From an uncultured Candidatus Poseidoniales archaeon (lineage in GTDB: Archaea; Thermoplasmatota; Poseidoniia; Poseidoniales; CAYMED01): a stretch of 64,000 nucleotides of DNA. Below, piece by piece: positions 58,077-64,000 of this stretch; positions within the stretch are counted from its first letter, which is position 1; every line of letters starts with the position of its first letter. The translations under genes were made by a program, and so were the position numbers. The stretch is from NCBI GenBank assembly GCA_964389655.1, contig CAYMED010000002.1:32001-96000 (forward strand), given 5' to 3'. The notes under the pieces are model-generated. The model worked only from the letters and a program-made list of their open reading frames with translations, was not told the origin of the DNA and made no database searches.

Positions 58077-61000
58077 ATGGCTTGTAAGAGTTCCATGAAA
58101 GCAGCAATGTGCTCTGTGATGATATTGGTTCTTAGTCAAACATATTTTATTCAAAACCAAATCCCCCAACCCTCTGTCCTTGATGAATTCACCAGAAACA
58201 GTGGTTCGGGAAATGTTTTCACCGGTAATGGAACCCAATGGCGGACTGCAGGTTCCAGTTCGTTCGATATGGGGGCCGCACCTACGTTTTACCCTCTCTC
58301 CAATGAGTCATTCTTGTTCGAGCATAGGGAGGAGTCAGGTAAATGCGTCAAACGTTATCATCACTCAAATATTTCAACGTCGAATGTTTCCGTGGACAGC
58401 GATTTCTACTGTGGTGCAATCGGATCTGGATTACACTTTGGCCCTATTATTGATTCTATAGTTTACTTGAGTGCAAACTCAATTGAACATGGGACGGAAT
58501 TGTTCGCTTATGATTTGAGCAATGACTCCCTCTATATGGTTGATAATATCAACACCGAAGACAATGGTTTTGGAACAGAATATGGGTCCCTCCCATACCA
58601 TTTCGCTGCCATCGACTCAACGCTGTATTTCAAAGCCGAAGGATCCAGCTCTACTGGTATGGAATTATGGGCATTTGAGACAACCAACAGTACCTCTTGG
58701 ATGGTCGCAGATATCAAACCTGGAGCCGGCGATTCAACTCCCAAGAATCTCCTCCCAATAGGTACCAGTATCTTATTCACTGCTGACGATGGAACTAATG
58801 GTCATGAATTGTGGGTACATGAAACCACCAACGACTCAACTTGGAGAGTCACAGATATGAATCCAAATGGCGCCTCATTATCTTCATATGGTGGTTTGCG
58901 ACCATATGATTCCGCTGTGCTAGGAAGCCGTCTGATGTTCTGGGCTGACGATGATGGGGCGACCGGAAGGGAATTATGGGCATATGAAACCACCAACAGC
59001 ACTCATTGGCAGGTTGCTGACATCAATTCAGGATCTGGAGATTCGAAGTCCGGTCAAGCACTCATCACCCGAGATGGCTCTCGCATGTATTTCGCTGCTG
59101 ATGATGGTATCAATGGAGAGGAATTGTGGGCCTATGAAGCGACGAACGACTCAACATGGCTTCTTGCTGACATATGTAGCCCCTCTTGCTCTTCAGAACC
59201 AAACCAGATAGCAGTGGTGGGAGGTCAATTGATATTCGCTGCAGAAGCAGCAACTGAAGGGAGAGAGTTATACATTTACAATTTTTCAAACAATACCGCA
59301 TGGATGCGTGCTAATCTTTACCAATTCACTTCCACCATCGCCGATTCTAATCCTGACATCATTGCAGTTACGGGTACGCAGTTGTTGATAGTTGCAAAAG
59401 AACGAAAATTCGTATCCACCGGTTCCTATGCTGGCACCTCTCTCTTCGTCTATGAGACTGCGAATGATACCATCTGGTGGAATGATAATTTAGGTTTGGT
59501 CAGCGCTGGCCAATCTTCTGCTAAAACATATGGCGGAACCCTCAATATGGGTTCAGAGGTAATATTCTCTCTTGGTTGTACTTCTTCAGCCGCAGTCAAC
59601 TGTCCCGAGGGAATGTCAGGTCGTCAACTCTGGGTTTACACACCTTCGAACGTCACAATCCCAGATGATTTCACCCCCAGTGGTGGGGATGCGAATAATT
59701 GGGAGCCACCTACTGGTGGTTTTGAGGGCGTTTGGGTTGGTGGGGGTTCCGGGGGCTCCGGGGGCTCTGGTGGCGGTTCTGGCGGCGGTTCAGGTGATGG
59801 AGCGACAATTATCCCGGCTTCAAATTCGTTAGTGCTGACGAATGGCACAGCGATGAATCCACTCACTTACAGGTGGGCTAACGATGGCCCAGTGGCCGAT
59901 GCCATCTGTGAAATCTCACCTGCTCTTCCTGCTGGACTCACCCTTGCCCAAGGAACTTGTACCATCGGCGGAACCCCTACTGTGGTTCAGGAGGCTACAA
60001 CCTATACTCTCTGGGTCAATGGCTCAGGCCTCTCGGATTCGGCGGAAATAAACATCACCATTGAAGAGAGGATCTTCCATCCACCAGTGATCACGCCTTC
60101 GACTACAGAAGCAGTATTGATGCGCACTGTTGAGATGATACCTATCACATTCAGCAACAGCGGTGGTGCAGTAGTTGACTGGGAGGTGGACCCTGCACTT
60201 CCGAATGGCTTGTCCATGGCCTTTGATGGAACGATAAGTGGAACGCCCACCACTGTGCAGGATGCTGCTGCTTACACCATCAGGGCCAACAACAGCGACG
60301 GGGCTAATTCAACGATAGTGACCATAACAGTAGGAGAGTATGTTCCAGACCCTCCACAGATCGATTATGATGAATCATCGCTGAGTCTGACTCAATACAT
60401 CCAGATGACAACGCAGACCCCTTCGAACTCAGGAGGAGAGGTTGTAGACTGGACGATATCTCCTGAATTATCTCCTGGATTGATATTCGACAACACCACT
60501 GGTTCAATCAGCGGAATTCCCACCACCAATGAAAGTGCAATCATTTACACCATCTGGGCCAACAACACCGGAGGCTCGAGTTCTGATACACTGCAGATAA
60601 CGATTGAAGAACCTCCAGAAGGACTCATTGCATCGAATTCCGATGTCTTGCTTGTCAGAGGAGTTGAGATGACACAGATTCTCTTCACATATTCAGGAGG
60701 CGATGTGACAACATGGGAGATTTCACCCGAACTTCCATCAGGTCTGTTCTTTGATGCCGCCAACAATTCGATCATAGGTACTGCAACGGGAAGCACGAAT
60801 GCGGTGGTATTCACCATCTGGGCGAATGGAACTGGATTTTCTGAAAACCTCAACATCACGATTGAGATTCTAGAAGACACAGATGGTGATGGTTTGCCAG
60901 ATGACTTGGGCAATCATGTCGATTCAGAATTTGAAGAGGATCTTGATGATGATAACGACGGCATTGCTGATGTGGCAGAAGGCGCTTCCGTCCCCGAAAC

Positions 61001-62375
61001 AAACTCCTTGCTGCCTGATACCGATGGTGATGGAGTCTGTGATGGTCCCGTCAATGTGACCATTCGCGATGCGGATTTCTGTACAGGGGGTCCAGATGCC
61101 TTTCCATTAGATGCAAATGAGTGGTTGGATACTGACGATGATGGAATTGGCAACAATGCAGATGCTGATGATGATAATGATGGTCTGAGTGATGAGAATG
61201 AAAGCATCTTTGGATCCGACCCCCAAATGTCGGATACCGATGGTGATGGGGTGTGTGATGGTTTGATCAATGTCTCCTCTAACGGCCAGTTAGAATGCAC
61301 TGGTGGTCCAGATGCTTTCCCCTCAGATGCAAATGAGTGGTTAGATGCTGACGGTGATGGAATCGGCAACAATGCAGATGCTGATGATGATAATGATGGT
61401 GCAGCAGACGATATAGAAGTGAAATGCAAGACCGACCCATTTGATAAAGAATCGATTCCAATAATCGATGATGTTGGAAACTGTGTAGGGGAGGGAGATG
61501 AAGTAGCAAGTGATGGGGGGGAGGTGGCAGCAAACGATGGCTTCACTTTTATGTGGTGTTTCCTAATTTTCCTTGTTCTCATTCTCTTGTTGGTGCTACT
61601 AATATTTACTCGTGACAGAACTATAACATTGATGATTATGGGTCCTGAGCCCGAAAATACCACAGCGGAACCCGATTTCTTGTCGGGTTTTGGAACACAA
61701 GACGATCCGTTCGTTCTTTCTCCATTGATGGATGTAAAAGCAGGCAGCAAGGCTAGCGCCAAAGAGGTCATCAGAATCACTAATTTGGGTGATATTGACG
61801 TGCACTTGACAGATCTCAATCAAGCGAATAACGGCACTAGATTCTCTATTTATGAGGCCAAATCAAAGAAAAGAAGCACTCGAGTAGTCAAGGTTGGAGG
61901 TGATGGAGAAATCAACATTCACATCCAGTTCGATGATGCCGAAGACCCAACGTATGGCGGTGGGGAATACAAAGGCTTACTCAAACTAGGCCACGATTCG
62001 GTTTACATCTATTGCAGTGTTACTGTGAAACCAGACGCGAAAAAACTTAGAAAAGCCAAGAACGAGAATGCCACCAACTCCTCTAAGGAAGGGAAAAAGA
62101 AAGAGGCGCTTGAACGTGTCAAGAAAAGAGCATCAGACATTGATTTCAAGGCCTTAGGGACTGCAAAGGCTTCAGACAAAGATGACCTGCAAGAAATCAG
62201 AGGAATCGGCCCATTCATTGAAGAGAAACTCAATGCCTTGGGTATCTACACCTTCAAACAGATTTCAAAGATGGATTCCAAAACCGAAGATCAAGTCAAC
62301 GAGGCGATCGAATTTTTCCCTGGAAGGGTGAAGAGGGACCAATGGGTTGTTCAAGCCAAGATGCTTCTTGATTAG
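58077..62375 (+). CDS. Surface protein: ELWxxDGT beta-propeller, putative Ig (He_PIG) repeats, TSP3-like repeats, TM, then cytoplasmic HhH (DUF4332-like) domain
   Basis: Repeated G.ELW(A/V)(Y/F/H)E. PALPxGL...GTISGTPT...YTIWAN repeats. DTDGDG/DAFPxD repeats. TM WCFLIFLVLILLLVLLIF. C-terminal DDLQEIRGIGPFIEEKLNALGIYTFKQI. Confidence 0.85.
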   Translation: MACKSSMKAAMCSVMILVLSQTYFIQNQIPQPSVLDEFTRNSGSGNVFTGNGTQWRTAGSSSFDMGAAPTFYPLSNESFLFEHREESGKCVKRYHHSNISTSNVSVDSDFYCGAIGSGLHFGPIIDSIVYLSANSIEHGTELFAYDLSNDSLYMVDNINTEDNGFGTEYGSLPYHFAAIDSTLYFKAEGSSSTGMELWAFETTNSTSWMVADIKPGAGDSTPKNLLPIGTSILFTADDGTNGHELWVHETTNDSTWRVTDMNPNGASLSSYGGLRPYDSAVLGSRLMFWADDDGATGRELWAYETTNSTHWQVADINSGSGDSKSGQALITRDGSRMYFAADDGINGEELWAYEATNDSTWLLADICSPSCSSEPNQIAVVGGQLIFAAEAATEGRELYIYNFSNNTAWMRANLYQFTSTIADSNPDIIAVTGTQLLIVAKERKFVSTGSYAGTSLFVYETANDTIWWNDNLGLVSAGQSSAKTYGGTLNMGSEVIFSLGCTSSAAVNCPEGMSGRQLWVYTPSNVTIPDDFTPSGGDANNWEPPTGGFEGVWVGGGSGGSGGSGGGSGGGSGDGATIIPASNSLVLTNGTAMNPLTYRWANDGPVADAICEISPALPAGLTLAQGTCTIGGTPTVVQEATTYTLWVNGSGLSDSAEINITIEERIFHPPVITPSTTEAVLMRTVEMIPITFSNSGGAVVDWEVDPALPNGLSMAFDGTISGTPTTVQDAAAYTIRANNSDGANSTIVTITVGEYVPDPPQIDYDESSLSLTQYIQMTTQTPSNSGGEVVDWTISPELSPGLIFDNTTGSISGIPTTNESAIIYTIWANNTGGSSSDTLQITIEEPPEGLIASNSDVLLVRGVEMTQILFTYSGGDVTTWEISPELPSGLFFDAANNSIIGTATGSTNAVVFTIWANGTGFSENLNITIEILEDTDGDGLPDDLGNHVDSEFEEDLDDDNDGIADVAEGASVPETNSLLPDTDGDGVCDGPVNVTIRDADFCTGGPDAFPLDANEWLDTDDDGIGNNADADDDNDGLSDENESIFGSDPQMSDTDGDGVCDGLINVSSNGQLECTGGPDAFPSDANEWLDADGDGIGNNADADDDNDGAADDIEVKCKTDPFDKESIPIIDDVGNCVGEGDEVASDGGEVAANDGFTFMWCFLIFLVLILLLVLLIFTRDRTITLMIMGPEPENTTAEPDFLSGFGTQDDPFVLSPLMDVKAGSKASAKEVIRITNLGDIDVHLTDLNQANNGTRFSIYEAKSKKRSTRVVKVGGDGEINIHIQFDDAEDPTYGGGEYKGLLKLGHDSVYIYCSVTVKPDAKKLRKAKNENATNSSKEGKKKEALERVKKRASDIDFKALGTAKASDKDDLQEIRGIGPFIEEKLNALGIYTFKQISKMDSKTEDQVNEAIEFFPGRVKRDQWVVQAKMLLD
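59738..59794 (+). repeat. Gly/Ser-rich linker repeat (GGGSGGSGGSGGGSGGGSG)
   Basis: Degenerate GGN-GGN-TCN repeats within the ELWxxDGT gene. Confidence 0.8.
61017..61400 (+). repeat. Internal 216-bp-period duplication encoding two TSP3-like units
   Basis: 61017-61184 and 61233-61400 share GATACCGATGGTGATGG...GGCAACAATGCAGATGCTGATGATGATAATGATGGT. Confidence 0.85.
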
Positions 62376-62523
62376 GCTACTAAATGCGACATTTCTATAA
62401 AATTATGCGTTTTAATAGCCTTCAAGCTGATGAAATTTCATGGAAAACCCCCTGAAATGAGCATTATTCAAATGGCGCGGGGACCCGAAGCCCCCATAGG
62501 GGAGCGGTGCGCGTGCATCACTT

Positions 62524-64000
62524 ATGCGCCGGCAGCGGCTAGTCCCTACATTGCTGGTGCTGGTGCTAATCGCACCCACTGTATTTGCAGCAACAAGTGG
62601 TCGAGATCCTTTTGCAGTTGAAGTATACCCTGCCGGTGCCTCGGAGAAGGTAGTCGACCCTGGTGAGACTGCTGAATATACCATTACTGTGGAGAATACA
62701 GGTGATCAAACCACAACCGTCTCCTTGACAACTTCAAATGATCAGGGCCCAAATGTCTGTTCAAGTACAATTGAACCATTACCTGGCCCTCTTGAATCTG
62801 GGGCTTCAGATGACGTTACATTATCGGTAAACATCTCTGCTACAGCCGAAAAAGACGCCACTTGTGTAACAACAGTAACGGCAACAGTAACTGGAGCCCA
62901 GCCCGCTCAAACAGAAGTAACAACCACTGTTGGGGATGGTGATGCGACCCCCCCGTCCGCTCTTGGTGTGGAAGTTACCGCACAAATTGATGAGAAACAA
63001 TACCAGGGTACAAGCCCTGTTAAGTATACATTTGAAATTAAAAATACAGGACAAGTGAATGAGAACATCAGTTTATCCTTTGAGGATATTGCTTCGGAAA
63101 ATCCAGACCGCTGTGATAGTTCTGGCCTTGGTGCCACACTTTCAGAAACATTGGTTGCAGTTGAACGTGATAAAACCGAGACAGTAACTCTAGATGTCGA
63201 CATTCCAGAAGGGAGTGATGCTGGAAGGCACTGTTTCGAAGTTACTGGCTCAGTTACGGGAGACGTTACCAATAATGCAACAGATTCTGATGACGTGACT
63301 CTTATTATCCCCCCAATTCATGATTGTGAAGTCTCAATCAATCCTTCCTCAATTGAGATCAAACCAGGTGAATCAAAGTCGGCATCAGTACAGATTCAAA
63401 ATCGAGGAAATGAGGATTGGACCGTTTCCCTAACGGGTACGCCCACTTCCCATTTTTCTCTAGCCGCAGGTGAAGATGGGTCTAAGAAAATCTCTCGAGA
63501 TGGTTCTGTATCGTTTAATATTGAACTAACAGTTCCAGAAGATACCAATGCAGATGCTGGGGCAAAAGAGACGGTAAGAATTCAAGGAAAGGACGGCAAG
63601 CAATTGATTTGCGATGTTACTGCCCAGATTACCGTTGGGCGATTGAGATCTGCTACGATTTCAGCATCGAGTAGCGTGTTGAGGGGCGCCACGCCTGGTG
63701 AGATCGCAGAACTCGAATTGACGGTAAGAAATACTGGAAATGGTGGTGATACATTCAACTTGGCAGTTCAGCACTCTAATTCACGTCCAGCGGGTTGGGG
63801 TGACCCAAATATTTCAACAGATAAAGTCACTCTTTCAGCTAAAATGACTGGAACGGTTAGTATTTCAATTGATGTTCCATCCAATGCTCTAGGTTTAGAA
63901 AGCGTGCTTTTGAGAGCAACAATCTCATCAATAGATGGAACACTTTTCTCAGAAGTTACTGTTTCAATTGAAGTTAAAGAAGTATTGGATTTATCCATAA
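62524..64000 (+). CDS. Exported protein with tandem NEW3/CARDB-like Ig domains, 3' truncated by the window end (absent from ORF track)
   Basis: Manual translation from ATG 62524: MRRQRLVPTLLVLVLIAPTVFAA (signal), then VDPGETAEYTITVENTG, KYTFEIKNTG, KPGESKSASVQIQNRGN, TPGEIAELELTVRNTGNGGD. Open to 64000. Confidence 0.85.
   Translation, partial: MRRQRLVPTLLVLVLIAPTVFAATSGRDPFAVEVYPAGASEKVVDPGETAEYTITVENTGDQTTTVSLTTSNDQGPNVCSSTIEPLPGPLESGASDDVTLSVNISATAEKDATCVTTVTATVTGAQPAQTEVTTTVGDGDATPPSALGVEVTAQIDEKQYQGTSPVKYTFEIKNTGQVNENISLSFEDIASENPDRCDSSGLGATLSETLVAVERDKTETVTLDVDIPEGSDAGRHCFEVTGSVTGDVTNNATDSDDVTLIIPPIHDCEVSINPSSIEIKPGESKSASVQIQNRGNEDWTVSLTGTPTSHFSLAAGEDGSKKISRDGSVSFNIELTVPEDTNADAGAKETVRIQGKDGKQLICDVTAQITVGRLRSATISASSSVLRGATPGEIAELELTVRNTGNGGDTFNLAVQHSNSRPAGWGDPNISTDKVTLSAKMTGTVSISIDVPSNALGLESVLLRATISSIDGTLFSEVTVSIEVKEVLDLSI

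Noticed and set aside
60914-61819. Long antisense ORFs (60914..61819, 38415..39098, 40965..41504 and similar)
   Set aside because: These are Ser/Pro-rich shadows of Asp/Gly-rich or conserved sense genes, with no independent coding signal.
62430-62441. Perfect palindrome ATGAAATTTCAT in the last intergenic region
   Set aside because: A single AT-rich 12-mer with no second copy noticed, which is insufficient to call an operator.
1-64000. tRNA, rRNA, IS elements or provirus
   Set aside because: No cloverleaf/T-loop signatures in the short intergenic gaps, and no transposase, integrase or capsid motifs recognised. A tRNAscan-SE/Infernal run would be needed to exclude small RNAs.

Overview
A 64 kb, gene-dense chromosomal fragment of an archaeon. 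The GatE, MCM, Pth2, PAC2, Trm1, RaSEA and PGF-CTERM genes are archaeal. The many giant membrane-anchored surface proteins suggest Thermoplasmatota, most likely Marine Group II (Ca. Poseidoniales); that placement is inference. Housekeeping genes (trm1, purM, mcm, gatE, pth2, ltaE, psd, ychF, PMM/PGM, rnz, archaeosine radical SAM) are interleaved with an AddAB/AdnAB-like helicase-nuclease pair, a putative cobalamin-capture locus (PGF-CTERM protein, DUF4430 lipoprotein, CbrT-like ECF S-component), a small methyltransferase insertion (one AT-rich gene, one pseudogene) and about eight large exported proteins. No rRNA, tRNA, CRISPR array or transposase was recognised. The most notable observations are: (1) a cbb3/CcoN-like 12-TM scaffold that has lost essentially all heme/Cu histidine ligands and is fused to two EF-hands and a SAP/Rho-N-like domain; (2) ORB-like (Orc1/Cdc6 box) repeats directly upstream of mcm; (3) the B12-capture locus with a structured, non-canonical leader; (4) a shared Trp-rich cytoplasmic tail module on unrelated surface proteins; (5) a disulfide-reductase homologue lacking both redox cysteines; (6) Fe-S staple cysteines on both AddAB-like subunits. 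All family assignments come from motif recognition by eye, with reference sequences recalled from memory. No searches were run.
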